From: an uncultured Spirochaetota bacterium
GTDB taxonomy: Bacteria; Spirochaetota; Spirochaetia; SZUA-6; CAVTHK01
Length of the DNA: 64,000 nucleotides
NCBI GenBank assembly: GCA_963734495.1
Contig: CAVTHK010000009.1
Location: 160,001 to 224,000 of the forward strand
Direction of reading: 5' to 3'
Shown here: piece after piece, positions 19,181-34,247 of the stretch
Layout of the letters: the number at the start of each line of letters is the position of its first letter
How positions within the stretch are numbered: position 1 is the stretch's first letter
Translations under genes and position numbers: made by a program
Notes under the pieces: model-generated
The model's input: only the letters and a program-made list of their open reading frames with translations
Database searches by the model: none
Told to the model about the DNA's origin: nothing

Positions 19181-19251
19181 ATCGCCTGCCGTTGACAAAG
19201 GCGGCGGCTAACGGCGAAACTCCCGCGCAAAGCTCCAGGAGGTCAATTCGC

Positions 19252-20277
19252 ATGTCCGGCAAACGACCGCTGATCGGCATCAGTGTGGGCGATCCCGCGG
19301 GGATCGGGCCCGAGATCACGGCAAAGGCCCTCGCGCTCAAGGAGATCTACGACATCTGCCGCCCGCTCGCCGTCTGCGACCTCCAGGTGATGAACGAGGC
19401 GGTGCGCTTCTCGAAGCTTTCGCTCAAGACCCGCGGCGTGGCGAAGCCCTCCGAAGGCCGCTACGAGTCGGGCACCATCGACGTGCTCGACATGAAGAAC
19501 GTGGACATGGCGAAGCTCCAGTACAAGAAGGTGGCGGCCATGAGCGGCAAGGCCTCCTACGAGTACATCGAGAAGGTGATCCGGCTCGCCATGGCAAAGG
19601 AGATCGACGCCACGGTGACGGGCCCGATCCACAAGGAGGCCATCGCCGCGGCCGGCGTGAAGTACCCCGGGCACACGGAGATCTACGGCGCGCTCACCGG
19701 CACCAAGGACTACGCGATGATGCTCGCCGACGGGGACTTCCGCGTCATCCACGTCTCGACGCACGTGAGCCTCGCCGAGGCCATCGCGCGCGTGAAGAAG
19801 CCGCGCGTGCTCAAAGTGATCGAGCTCGCGTACGACGCGCTGAGGAAGATGGGGATCGAAAAGCCGCGCATCGCGGTCGCGGGCCTCAACCCGCACGCGG
19901 GCGAGGGCGGCATGTTCGGCCGCGAGGAGATCGAGCACGTCCAGCCGGCCATCGACGAGGCCCGCGCCAAAGGCATCGGCGTCGAGGGGCCGATCCCGCC
20001 CGACACCGTCTTCGCCAAGATGAAGGGCGGCCAGTACGACATGGTCGTCTGCATGTACCACGACCAGGGCCACATCCCCACGAAGCTCGCGGGGTTCGCC
20101 TACGACCAGAAGACCAACACCTGGACCGCCATGTCCGGCGTCAACATCACCCTCGGGCTTCCGATCATCCGCGCCTCGGTCGACCACGGGGTCGCCTTCG
20201 GCAAGGCGGGCGAGGGACGCGCGAACCCCGAGAGCATGGTCCAGGCGATCCACATGGCGGTGAAGCTCGCGGGCTGA
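19252..20277 (+). CDS. pdxA: 4-hydroxythreonine-4-phosphate dehydrogenase family (PdxA/PdxA2)
   Basis: GDPAGIGPEI, TGPIHK, PGHTE, GLNPHAGE, MYHDQGHIP and NITLGLPIIRASVDHG. Confidence 0.93.
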   Translation: MSGKRPLIGISVGDPAGIGPEITAKALALKEIYDICRPLAVCDLQVMNEAVRFSKLSLKTRGVAKPSEGRYESGTIDVLDMKNVDMAKLQYKKVAAMSGKASYEYIEKVIRLAMAKEIDATVTGPIHKEAIAAAGVKYPGHTEIYGALTGTKDYAMMLADGDFRVIHVSTHVSLAEAIARVKKPRVLKVIELAYDALRKMGIEKPRIAVAGLNPHAGEGGMFGREEIEHVQPAIDEARAKGIGVEGPIPPDTVFAKMKGGQYDMVVCMYHDQGHIPTKLAGFAYDQKTNTWTAMSGVNITLGLPIIRASVDHGVAFGKAGEGRANPESMVQAIHMAVKLAG

Positions 20278-20285
20278 TCGGACCG

Positions 20286-23093
20286 CTACTTCGGCAGCTC
20301 GACGGTCAGGCCCAGCAGCGTGTCGCGCGCCGCGAAGGTCGCCGTCCTCGAACCGGTAGATCAGCTGCACCCCGATCTCGAACGGAAGCGGGCACGAGCG
20401 CCATCACCTCGGCCGCGAGCTCCACGCCGGCCGTCACCCTGAGGCTGCCTGCCGCGTCGTCCGGCTCGAACGCCACGTCCGAGAAGACTCCGGCGATCAG
20501 GCGAGGGACGTGGATCTCCGTGCCGATGCCCGGCGTCCGGGTAGGCGAGCGGCATACGGTAGCTCGCCGAGACCCCCGCCAGCGTGTTCCCTTCGAAAGG
20601 GTTGGAGACGTAGCCTCGCGGCACCGGAAGGAGCACCTCGGTCGGGTCGTAGGCGATCGACGGTGAGAGCCTGATGCTGTGGTGACGGAAGAGGCCTGGA
20701 AAGAAGGCATCCGCGGCGGCCTTCCACCCGGGCTCGGGCTGCCCGGCGTCCTCGAGGGGAAGCTCCACCCGGCCCGTGCCGCTCAACGCGAGGCCCCAGC
20801 GCGGCGCCAGATCGCGCGGCGCGGTCCGGCTCGCGACGAACCAGGAGGCGCTCGCGCTCAGGTCCTGGACCGCCGACGGTGTCGTGGCCCTCGGCCCAGA
20901 CGGGGCCGGCGCCGTAGCGGCCCTCGAGCGTGAGCCCCTGCCGCGCGCCGACGCCGTCGAGGGTGAGGGGGATGCGGACGCCGAGGCTCCCGCTCACGGC
21001 CTGCGCTTTATCGTCGGTGCCCGGGTAGTCGCGCTGCTCGTAGGCCGCCCCGATCAGCACCTGCGGGAACCAGCGGCCCAGCTCCAGCGACAGCGCGGCC
21101 TCCGGGCCGCCGCGCGCGATGTCCCAGTCGCCGGTCAGCGTCGCGAAGCGGTCCTGCAGGTCGTTGCCCGAAAGCAGCGAGAGCCCGACGCTCTCGACCT
21201 CGCCGCCGCTCACGCCGACCGCGGGCACCCAGGCAAAGGGAAGGATCTCGTCCGCAGCCGGCCTGTAGGGCCGGATCGCGTACTCGCGGCTCGGGATCTG
21301 CTTCGGGTCCACGAGCGAGGCCAGGTGCTCGCGAGCCTCCAGCGGGGCGAACCAGTCCACCCGCAGCACGGGCAGCTGCTCCAGCGGCACCCACAGCGCC
21401 GGATCGAGCCGCGCCTCCGCCGGAACGAGGCCGCCGCGGGCGCCTTCGGCGATGCACACCTCGTCGCCGGCAACGGAGAACGAGTCGATGCCGTACGGCC
21501 TCGCGACCGCGAGCGAGATGCGCATGGTCTCGAGGTCGAGCGCGTACAGGTTCATCGGGCCGCTGAAATCCGCGGTGAAGAGCAGATAATTCCGCCAGGC
21601 CGCGAGCCCTTCGAGGAGCGCAGGGCCCGGCAGGCAGCAGCTCTCTCACGGCACCCGTATCGAGGCTGAGCTCGGCGAGGGATCTTCCTTCATTTGAAAT
21701 TCTGAAGAAGTACAGGCGCCGCCCGTCCGGCGACCACGCCGGCGACTGGATGTGCGTGCCCCGCGCCTCGCGACGCAGCTCGGCCCCCGTCCCGTCGCCG
21801 TCGAAGACGACGATGCGCGAGATGCGGTCCGGCAGCAACTCGACCGCGGCCACGCGCCTGCCGTCGGGCGAGACCGCGGGCGACTGCAGGACGCGGCCGC
21901 GCGTGAGGCGCGTGAGCGCGCCGGTCGAGAGGTCGAGCTCGACGAGGTCGGCGGTGCTGCGGTTGCCCCAGCGCACGTCCGGGGAGTGCTGCGGCCAGAC
22001 CACGCGGCCGCCCCCGGCAGCGAGGCCCCCGACCGTCAGGGCGGCGTGCAGCACGCGCTCGCGGCCGGAGTCCGTCGATCAGCACGATCGCGGGCGACTG
22101 CGAGAGGCTCGTCTTGATCGCCACCGTCCCGCCCGGGACGCGCGAGGGGAAGAGGTAGCTCGCGCGGTCGCGCTCCGCCGCTGCGGCGTCTCCGATCAGC
22201 GGTCGGACCGGAGTGACCGGCAGGCCCGCGGCCTGCTCCCGCCAGAGGCGCTCGAGCTCCTCCATCGTGGAGCGGTAGAGGTCGACCGCGCTCATGCCCG
22301 TCACGCGCATCACGTTGCGGTCGAAGGCGCCCGGGATCGCGGCCCACCGGCCCGCGCCGCGCAGGATCTCGCCGGCGGCCTCTGCGCCGAAGTCGCGCTG
22401 GATCCGCGTCACGAGGTAGTAGCCCAGCTCGTACGGGTTCACGAAGCCGCGCCGGTAGCTCCCGAAGACCGCCTGCCGGTAGGTGGGGAGATCGTCCTCG
22501 AGCGCCGCCGTGCGCAGCGGCCTCTGGAACGCGGGGCTCCGCCCGCGGCCGCTCGCGCTCAGGAGCGTCTCCGAGAGGACGGCGTCCCCTTCGATGTACC
22601 AGGTCGGCGCCCCGAGGCCGAGCATCATGAGAGCCTGGCCGACTTCGCCCGCGAGCACCCAGGCGGCGAGGACCGAGCCCCGCTTCTCCTCGGCGATCTG
22701 GGCCATGTGCCGGCCTTCGTGAACGGCCAGCAGGCTGTACCATTCGTTGGCGCCCAGAAGCGCGTCGGCGGGCGCGACGTGGAACCACTCCGACCGCCGC
22801 GGGAAGAACCCGACGTAGCCGTTGGCCGCGCCCTGCTGGTTGGAGAGCACGAGCGTCGTTCGCGGCACCTCGGACTCGAAGCCTCGCGCGAGGCCGGCGC
22901 GGACGTGCTCGAGGACGTTGGCGCAGGCTTGAGCGTCCGCGGCGAGCTCCTCGGGGAAGACGACGCGGAAATGCTCGCTCGAGAGCTCCTTCCAGCGCAG
23001 CGACGGCGGATTCTGGACCGGCCCGAGCGAGAGCTGCGCCCAAGCGCGCGGGGCCAGCAGGAGTGCGAGAAACAGGCCGGAGCGGAGGCGCAT
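20286..23093 (-). CDS. Exported metallopeptidase-like / beta-propeller / beta-barrel protein (several frameshifts)
   Basis: Signal peptide, HEGRH plus WYIEGDAVLSET, TolB-like repeats (SPAVSPDGRR, SPAWSPDGRR), and a beta-strand-rich C-terminus. Pieces lie in ORFs 21690..23093, 21008..22054, 20497..21555 and 20306..20710. Confidence 0.7.
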
Positions 23094-23094
23094 C

Positions 23095-26878
<3,784 letters not shown>

Positions 26879-26879
26879 A

Positions 26880-27662
26880 GTGGCATCGTGCCGCGAAGGG
26901 CTACCGCCAAAGGACTGGACGCCGCTGCTCAAGACCGGAAAGGCCGCCGCCGACCTGCCCACCGGAGAGGCGTTCCGGCCGGAGTGGATCGACTTCGAGC
27001 GCGGCATCCGCGTCGGCAACCTCGAGCCGCACGAGCGCATCACGCAGATCCTGAAGTTCCTGCTCGAGCGCAGGTACGGCACCCCCTTCGTCACCGACCG
27101 CTGGGGCAGGGGCGTCTACTGGCAGTGGATCTGCTGGATGCCGAGGGCGAATCGGCTGGCCAAGCCGGTCTCGCCCGTGAGCTTCGCCTGCGCCAAGCTG
27201 TTCATGTCGGCCGAGGGCGACGAGGGCATATTCAAGTGCGGGCTGCAGGTCGAGCGCGGCTCTTCCGGGCCGTCGAACCCGTATCCGGCCAATCGCCTGC
27301 GGAAGGACTGGGACTGGCACCGCCTCGTCGCCGGATTCCGCGACGGCTCGCCGCTGGACACCGAGTTGCGCCGACTCATCGGGCGCGAAGGCTTCGCCTG
27401 CGAGATCGGCGACTTCGAGCGCAACAAACGCTTCGACGCCGCGAAGTTCCGCTCCTCGCGCCAGCTCGGGGACGCGCTGCGCAAATACCCCGCGGCGCGC
27501 TGGGCTGCGTTCCAGCTCTACTACCCGATGCCCCGCGCGGAGGTCGCCGCCTGCACCGGCATCGAGCTCGTGCGCGCCATCGAGGGCGTCTTCGTCGAGG
27601 TGGTGCCCGCGATGAACCTCTGCATGCAGATCCGGCTGGCAGCGGTTGCGACTACCCGATAG
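26880..27662 (+). CDS. Conserved-looking hypothetical protein
   Basis: Open frame with host codon usage and aromatic-rich motifs (TDRWGRGVYWQWICW, GLQVERG, WDWHRL). Confidence 0.7.
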   Translation: MASCREGLPPKDWTPLLKTGKAAADLPTGEAFRPEWIDFERGIRVGNLEPHERITQILKFLLERRYGTPFVTDRWGRGVYWQWICWMPRANRLAKPVSPVSFACAKLFMSAEGDEGIFKCGLQVERGSSGPSNPYPANRLRKDWDWHRLVAGFRDGSPLDTELRRLIGREGFACEIGDFERNKRFDAAKFRSSRQLGDALRKYPAARWAAFQLYYPMPRAEVAACTGIELVRAIEGVFVEVVPAMNLCMQIRLAAVATTR

Positions 27663-27743
27663 CGGTCTGACCGCCGCAGCCGACGGTCCGGGCGCAGCGG
27701 ACTGCGCCCGGGCTGGCAGCGGGTCCTACTTAGTCGGCGCCCG

Positions 27744-28625
27744 TCAGGCCTTCCGCGTCATCAGCTCGTGCCAGAACGACGGCCGCGGGCGGTTCATGTT
27801 GTCGGTCCAGCTCTTGGGGGCGTCCGCCAGAAAGGCGCTCAGCGATCGGAGCAGGGGAGCCGTGAACCGCATGTCGTCGGCCGCGCTCACGAAGTAGGCG
27901 AGCTCCGGCTGCTTGACGAGCAGCTGCTCTCCCTCGCCCATGGCGACCCTCTTGATGCGCGCGCCCAGCATCCTTCGCAACTCGTCGTCGCCGCCAAGGA
28001 CCTGGAGCATGTCCTCCGCGCGCAGCCCGCCGCGGACCCCGAACGCGATCGTCTCTATGAAGGCCGCTTCGACCAGCCCCATCGCCATCTGGTTCACGTA
28101 CTTCATCAGCTGGCCGGCGCCGCTCGGGCCGCAGTAGACGGCTTTTCCCGGGGCGCTCAGCGCGGCGAACACGGACGCCAGGCGATCCGCCGCCTGCCGA
28201 TCGCCGCCGATGAACACGCGCAGCTGCCCGGTCTCGGCGCCCTGCTCACCGCCGCTGACCGGTGCGTCGATCAAGGCGGCGCCCTTTCGGGCAAACGCGC
28301 CGGCGAGGCGCCGGGTTTCGGCGACATCGGTGGTTCCCGTGTCGACCACGACCTGTCCCTTGCGCGCCGCCGGCAGCAGGTCTCTGTCCGCGACCTCGAC
28401 CAGGATCTCGGAATTGCGCAGGGAGACGAGCACGATGTCGCACGCGGCCATCACCCGGGCGATGCCGGGAGCCGCGGATGCGCCGCGGGTCGTGACAGCC
28501 TCGAGGTGAGCGGGGCTCCTGTTCCAGGCCAGCACGCCGAAGCCCTCCTTGAGGAGCCGCCGCGCCATGCCGCCGCCCATGGCTCCGACGCCGATGAATC
28601 CGACTGCGGGTTTCGCCTCGCTCAT
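27744..28625 (-). CDS. NAD(P)-dependent beta-hydroxyacid dehydrogenase family protein
   Basis: GFIGVGAMGGGMA, DAPVSGG and GAGQLMKYVNQ. Confidence 0.9.
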   Translation of the reverse strand: MSEAKPAVGFIGVGAMGGGMARRLLKEGFGVLAWNRSPAHLEAVTTRGASAAPGIARVMAACDIVLVSLRNSEILVEVADRDLLPAARKGQVVVDTGTTDVAETRRLAGAFARKGAALIDAPVSGGEQGAETGQLRVFIGGDRQAADRLASVFAALSAPGKAVYCGPSGAGQLMKYVNQMAMGLVEAAFIETIAFGVRGGLRAEDMLQVLGGDDELRRMLGARIKRVAMGEGEQLLVKQPELAYFVSAADDMRFTAPLLRSLSAFLADAPKSWTDNMNRPRPSFWHELMTRKA

Positions 28626-30925
28626 GGTCCGTCCTTTCGCGTGTCGTCCTTGAACCCGTAACGGCGGCCGCCGATCGCGAAGACGAAGAAGTTGGTGGAC
28701 ACCTCTCTTCTTCCCTCGAGCGCCCTCACGTCCAGGCGCCAGTCGCCCTGCGCGTCCGCGGGCAGCGCCACTTCCAGGTCTCCGGCGATCAGCGAGCTGT
28801 CCGCGGGGGAGTCGCAGGGCGGCAAGGCTCCCTTCGCGTGGATCTTCGTGGAGTCGGAGAGGGTCCACTCGACGGTGACCTTCTTCCTGTCCCGATCCGT
28901 GTCGTTGGTCAGCCACAGATGCGCCCTGAAGAGCTCGCCCGGCGCGTAGTACTTGACGTAGCCGACCACGAAAGGATCCTTGATCCACTCCACGCTCACC
29001 ATGAAGGGCTGGTACATGGGGACGAAGGCATCGAAGGCCTTGTACTTGTTGCGGTAGTAGTCGAGCACTCCGGCCCCGCCCAGGCATGGATACGGGTCGC
29101 TCCAGAAGTACAGATACATCGATGCCGCGGGGTCGTATTTCCGCTGCCTCAGGTACTCCCCGCTTTCCTTGACGACGCGGTATTCGTAGTCCTGCGTCGC
29201 CTCCATCAATTCCTCGATCCCGCCGAGCTTGTCGACGTCGATGTCCATCATGTGGATCCAGTAGGGATCGAGGTTGAGGTAGAACCATCGATCCCACCGG
29301 GGCGGCCACTGCTCCTCGGGCGTGAGGATCCTGTTGACGGTCGCCATCGGCGCCACCGCCATCGAGCCGAACTCGACGATCTGGGGCGCGTCCTTCCTGA
29401 CCCGCTGCCGGTAGTCGGGGAACTTCTTTCCCCATCCTGCCTGGGTTACGTTCTGGCAGCCGTCGCGGTAGTCTCCCTTGTGGATCCAGTGCACCGGGTC
29501 CGCGTTCTGGCCTGCTTCCTTGAGCACCTCGCACAGCCGCCCGTAGAGGTTGGGGGCTTTCCGGTCCTTGAACGGGAAGACCAGCGGCTCCTTGAAGGTG
29601 CTCCACATCCCGATCGACGCGTGATTGGTCAGCTCGCGGACCATGTCCTCCATCATGGGAGCCGCCCGCTCGATCAGGTCGTCGTCGTCCGTGTAGTTGC
29701 CCCAGTGGAAGGGCAGGACCTGCCAGCAGAGCATCCCCATGCGATCGCAGAGGTCGTAGAAGGCCTCCTTCTCCACGTGGCTGCCGACTCGAACCGAGTT
29801 GATGTTCAGGTCCCGCATCTTCTGCAGGTCGTCGCGGAACAGGTCCGGGTTGCCTTCGCCGAGCCAGAGACTCGAGAGGTAGCGCATTCCCCGGAGGAAG
29901 ATCCGCCTGCCGTTCAGGTACCACCAGCCGTTCTCGGCGCGCCTGACCTCGCGGATGCCGAACACGTCCGTTACCCGGTCGCTCGCCGCGCCCGACACCT
30001 GGATCGACAGCTCCATTCTGTACAGGTTCGGGGCGCCGTGGTCCCAGGTCGACCAGAGCTTCGGATCGTCGATGGTCCTGGCCAGGTGCAGCGAAGTGCG
30101 TCCGGGAGCCAGAACGACGTCTCGCGAATAGCTGATCGCGCCGCCGGAAAAGGTCTCGCCGGCGATCTGCAGCTCGATGCGCGCCTCGACCGTCTCGCTG
30201 CCCTTGACGCTCACATCGAGATGAAAGTTCGCCAGCGCGCTTCCGTCGAAGGCGTAGCCCTTTCTCGCGTCCCTGACGGGGTACGCATCTATCCGGACGT
30301 TCTCGACCTTGGCGAGGCCGGTGGAGTAGATCTCCACGTCGTTCCAGATTCCGCCCGTGTTGCCCTCGTAGCCGTACCTGCCGACCCAGCCGGGACGGTG
30401 CCAGAAGTTGCTGAGGGCGCCTTTGACGCACTTGAGCGCCACCGGCCAGCACGGCCGGTACTCGGGCGAAAGCGGTTCCTTGTACTCGGCCGTGGTCCGC
30501 GGCTCGAGGTAGGCGTACTCGGTCTCCTCCATGGGCGCGTCGTCGGCGACCACCAGCAGGTTGCCCTTCTCCTTGAGGATTCCCTCCACCGGAAACTCGA
30601 AGGCGTTGAAGAAGCCTTCGTGGTCGCCGAGGTAGACTCCGTTCAGCCAGACCCTGCAGCGATAGTCGACTCCCCGGAAACGCAGGAATCGCCTGCGCGT
30701 GGGATCGACTTTGCCGGCATCGAACAGGCGGGCAAACCACACCACGCCGAAGTGATCGCCGATCTCCGTGTTGTACCAGTTAACGGGCAGCTCCACGGCC
30801 GGCCACTCGTCGAGGTCCGAGGGCTTGACTCCGGAGGCGTCCATCGGATCGCTTGCCCCCTGTGCGCGCGGGGGCAGGTGATAGTGCCAGGTGCCGTTGA
30901 GCAGTTCCTTTTCTCGTGTGTTCAT
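28622..30925 (-). CDS. GH2-family glycoside hydrolase (paralogue 1)
   Basis: FRGVDY, HEGFFNAF, GGIWNDV, NGRRIFLRG, RVGSHVE, WSTFKEP and IVEFG. Confidence 0.9.
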   Translation of the reverse strand: MNTREKELLNGTWHYHLPPRAQGASDPMDASGVKPSDLDEWPAVELPVNWYNTEIGDHFGVVWFARLFDAGKVDPTRRRFLRFRGVDYRCRVWLNGVYLGDHEGFFNAFEFPVEGILKEKGNLLVVADDAPMEETEYAYLEPRTTAEYKEPLSPEYRPCWPVALKCVKGALSNFWHRPGWVGRYGYEGNTGGIWNDVEIYSTGLAKVENVRIDAYPVRDARKGYAFDGSALANFHLDVSVKGSETVEARIELQIAGETFSGGAISYSRDVVLAPGRTSLHLARTIDDPKLWSTWDHGAPNLYRMELSIQVSGAASDRVTDVFGIREVRRAENGWWYLNGRRIFLRGMRYLSSLWLGEGNPDLFRDDLQKMRDLNINSVRVGSHVEKEAFYDLCDRMGMLCWQVLPFHWGNYTDDDDLIERAAPMMEDMVRELTNHASIGMWSTFKEPLVFPFKDRKAPNLYGRLCEVLKEAGQNADPVHWIHKGDYRDGCQNVTQAGWGKKFPDYRQRVRKDAPQIVEFGSMAVAPMATVNRILTPEEQWPPRWDRWFYLNLDPYWIHMMDIDVDKLGGIEELMEATQDYEYRVVKESGEYLRQRKYDPAASMYLYFWSDPYPCLGGAGVLDYYRNKYKAFDAFVPMYQPFMVSVEWIKDPFVVGYVKYYAPGELFRAHLWLTNDTDRDRKKVTVEWTLSDSTKIHAKGALPPCDSPADSSLIAGDLEVALPADAQGDWRLDVRALEGRREVSTNFFVFAIGGRRYGFKDDTRKDGP

Positions 30926-33176
30926 GACCCCAGCACCTCGTAGTCGAAGAAGTTCTCGCTGAGCTTCTCGCCGCTGCGATCGTGGAGCAGGAGACGCAGC
31001 CGATACGCGCCGGGCTCATCGCCCGCGAGCCGTCGGAAGACTCTTTCGACCACCCGGGACGAATCGGCCTCCACATCGATGACTTTGCTGTCCGAGCACA
31101 TCGGCGCGCCTCCCGGACCCACGAGCTCCCAGAGGAGCGCAGCTCCCTCGAAGGACCGCGGCAGGTCGTTCGTGACCCAGAGCTGGGCCTCCAAAGAATC
31201 CCGCTGCCTGTACGTCTTGGCGAAGCCGACGATGTGCTTGTCCTTGATCCACTCCACGCTGGCCATCACCGGCGTGTAGACCAGGCGATACATGCCGTAG
31301 GCCTTGTACTCTTCGCGGTAGTAGTCCAGCAGGCCGCTGCCGAACAGGCAGGGCCAGGGGTCGCTCCAGAAATACTGGAACATCGAGCAGACCGGGCGGT
31401 ACTTGCGCTGGCGGAAGTGCTCGATGGATTCCTTGACCTGCCGCGCGTACCAGCTCTGGGTCGCCTCGATGAGCTCCTCGATGCTGCTCATCTTCTTCGG
31501 GTCGATCCCCATCCAGCCGTACCACGTGTGGTCGACGTTGTAGTAGGTCCACTTGTCCCAGTTGGGCGGCCACTGGTCCTTGCTCTCGAGGATGCGGTCC
31601 ACCGTCTTCTTGACGGGCATCGCCCCGGCTCCGAACTCGACGATCTGCGGCCGCAGCGTCACCTCCTGCAGATCCGTCATGCCGTCGCGGCACAGGCCGG
31701 GCATGAGGTTCTGCACGCCCTCTTCGTAGTCGCCGATGTGGACCCAGCGCGAGGTGTCCTCGGCCATGGCCGTCCGCTTGAGGGTCTCGCACAGGCGGCC
31801 AACGAGATTGGGGGGATCGTCGAAGGGGAAGACCAGCGGCTCCTTGTACGTGCTCCAGACCGCGAGCGAAGGGCGGTTGTGCAGCATGTCCACGAGCTCG
31901 GTCATCATCGGAGCGGCACGCTCGATCAGGTCGTCGCTGTCGCTCCAGTTGCCCCAGTGGAAGGGCATCACCTGCCAGACCATGATGCCCAGCTCGTCGC
32001 AGAGCCGGTAGAAGGCCATCTTCTCCACGTGGCTGCCCACGCGCACGGCGTTGATGGAGAGCTCCCTCATACGGCTGAGGTCGCGCGCGAGGAGCTCCCG
32101 CGTGACTTCGCTGCCCCACTGGCTGGAGAAGTACCGCATTCCGCGGGCAAACACCCTGCGCCCGTTGAGGAACCACTGGCCCGTCCCGGCGTCGACCCGG
32201 ATCTCGCGGATTCCGAACGTCTCCTGCTTTCGATCGAGGATCGCGTCGCCGTCGAGGAGAGCGAGGGTCATGAGGTAGAGGTTGGGATCCCCGTGATCCC
32301 AGCACCACCACAGGTTCGGCTTCGCGACAGTGTGAACCACCCTGACCGTGTTCAGGCCCGGCTGCACGAACAGCGCCTTTTCCCGCTCGACCGCTTCGCC
32401 GCCGGAGAAGTTCGAGCCGCGCGCCTCGAGGCGAAGAAGGAGCGGCCGGGGCTTGTCGGTGACGTTCACGATCTGCAGCTTGATCGAGAGGATCGCCGTT
32501 CCGTCCAGGGCGTCGTCGTGGAGAGCATCCCGCACGAGGTGCGGGGTGATTTTCACGCGCTCGATGTAGATCGGCGCGTGGCTCGACGCAGCTCCACATC
32601 CTGCCAGATCCCCCCCGTGTTGGCGTCCTGCCCGAACCTGGTACGGTGCCCGGGGCGGTGGTAGAAGTTCAGCAGCGAGCCCTTGACCAGGGTATGGCCG
32701 ACCGGCCACCTCTCCTTGTACTCGTCGGATACGGGCCACTCCGTGCCCGGCTTCTTGGGGATCTCCCGGTATTCGACGTCATCGTAGGGCGAATCGACCC
32801 TCACGACCAGCCGATTGGCGCCGCGCTTGAGGCTGCCGAGAGTGCTCAGGGCGAACGGCGCGAAGTAGCCCTCGTGCCGGCCGAGGTGCTTCCCGTTAAG
32901 CCAGACGTCGGCGGTGTAGTCCACGCCGTGGAACACCAGGTCGTGCTCCCTGCCGTCGGGATCGTCGCGGACCTCGAAGTCCCGCGCAAACCAGATGACT
33001 CCGTGGTAAGCGCCGACTTCGGTCAGGTACCAGTTGGCCGGGATGTCCATGGTTCGCCACCCTGAGATGTCGGTTGACGGCTGATGGAACTGGCCGGCGA
33101 CGCCCGTGCCCTTCTCGTCCTTGCGGTAGCGCCAGGAGCCGTTGAGGCTCGTGACCTTCCTCGCCTCGTCAATCAT
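30922..33176 (-). CDS. GH2-family glycoside hydrolase (paralogue 2; frameshift near 32580)
   Basis: N-terminus in ORF 32553..34079 (MIDEARKVTSLNGSW, FHGVDY, HEGYF) and C-terminus in 30922..32739 (RVGSHVE, WSTYKEP, IVEFG). Confidence 0.88.
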
Positions 33177-33190
33177 GCGCTGCTCCGTTC

Positions 33191-34219
33191 CTACTCGATC
33201 TCGACGATCGAGCGGCGTTTCGCCGACTCCAGGATTGCGTGGGAGACGCGCAGCGTCTCGAAGCCGTCCATCGCGCTGACCAGGGGCTTGCTGCCCGTGA
33301 GTATGGCCTTCACGAAATCGTTGGTTTCCTCCTGGTACGACTTCTCGTCGAGATCGTCCTGCAGCATCTCCACGTTCTCGTACTCGTCGTCGTCCGTCTT
33401 GACGTGGAACTCGCGGCTGCACCAGATCCCGTTGTTCCCGATGGCGGTGCCCGACACGAAGGCCGTGCCTCTCTCCGCCAGCACGCCCCGGTTGTTGAAC
33501 CCTATGCGGCTCGACCAGCTCGCGTTGATGACCGCGGAGGCTCCGCTCCTGAGGCGCATCAGAACGTGCGAATTGTTGTCGAAGCCCTGCAGGTTGGCTG
33601 CCGTGCTGTGCGTGATCCCGCAGACCGAGACCACCTCGTCGTTCATGATCCAGCGCATCATGTCGACGTCGTGCGAGAGGGACTCGACGGTCATCCCGCA
33701 GAGGGTGGCCTGGTCGGTGCGCCAGTTCTGCCCCTTGATCACGCCGAGCGCCCCCGCGCCCATTCCGAAGCGCTGGCACCAGAAGTGGTAGGGCTTGCCG
33801 AGGGTCCCTGCCGCCACGACGTCGTGCAGCCGGGAGTAGCCTTTGCGGTACCGCTGGTTGAACCCGGTCATCGCGACGACGCCTTTCTTCCTCGCCATCT
33901 CCACGATGGCCGCGCCGTCTTCGATCGTGATCGCGAGCGGCTTCTCGCAAAAGACATGCTTGCCCGCGCCCATGGCCTCCACCGCATACTGACGCCGGAA
34001 CCCCGGCGGCGTGAGGATGTACACGGCGTCGACCTTGCCGAGGCACTCCGAAAGCCTCTCGTACGGCTTGCCGCCCCATTGAGCCGCAAAGGCCTCGCGT
34101 TTCTCCTTGACGACGTCGACGGCGCCGACGATCTCCGCGTCCGGGTGCCCCTTGAGCGCAAACCCGTGCTGGCGCGCTATTCCCCCTGTGCCCACCACTG
34201 CGACCCTTACCTTCGCCAC
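33191..34219 (-). CDS. Gfo/Idh/MocA family oxidoreductase
   Basis: VAVVGTGGIA, GKHVFCEKPLA, GFNQRY and SHDVD. Confidence 0.93.
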   Translation of the reverse strand: MAKVRVAVVGTGGIARQHGFALKGHPDAEIVGAVDVVKEKREAFAAQWGGKPYERLSECLGKVDAVYILTPPGFRRQYAVEAMGAGKHVFCEKPLAITIEDGAAIVEMARKKGVVAMTGFNQRYRKGYSRLHDVVAAGTLGKPYHFWCQRFGMGAGALGVIKGQNWRTDQATLCGMTVESLSHDVDMMRWIMNDEVVSVCGITHSTAANLQGFDNNSHVLMRLRSGASAVINASWSSRIGFNNRGVLAERGTAFVSGTAIGNNGIWCSREFHVKTDDDEYENVEMLQDDLDEKSYQEETNDFVKAILTGSKPLVSAMDGFETLRVSHAILESAKRRSIVEIE

Positions 34220-34247
34220 CCGAACCCTCCTGATCTCCCGCGATTCT

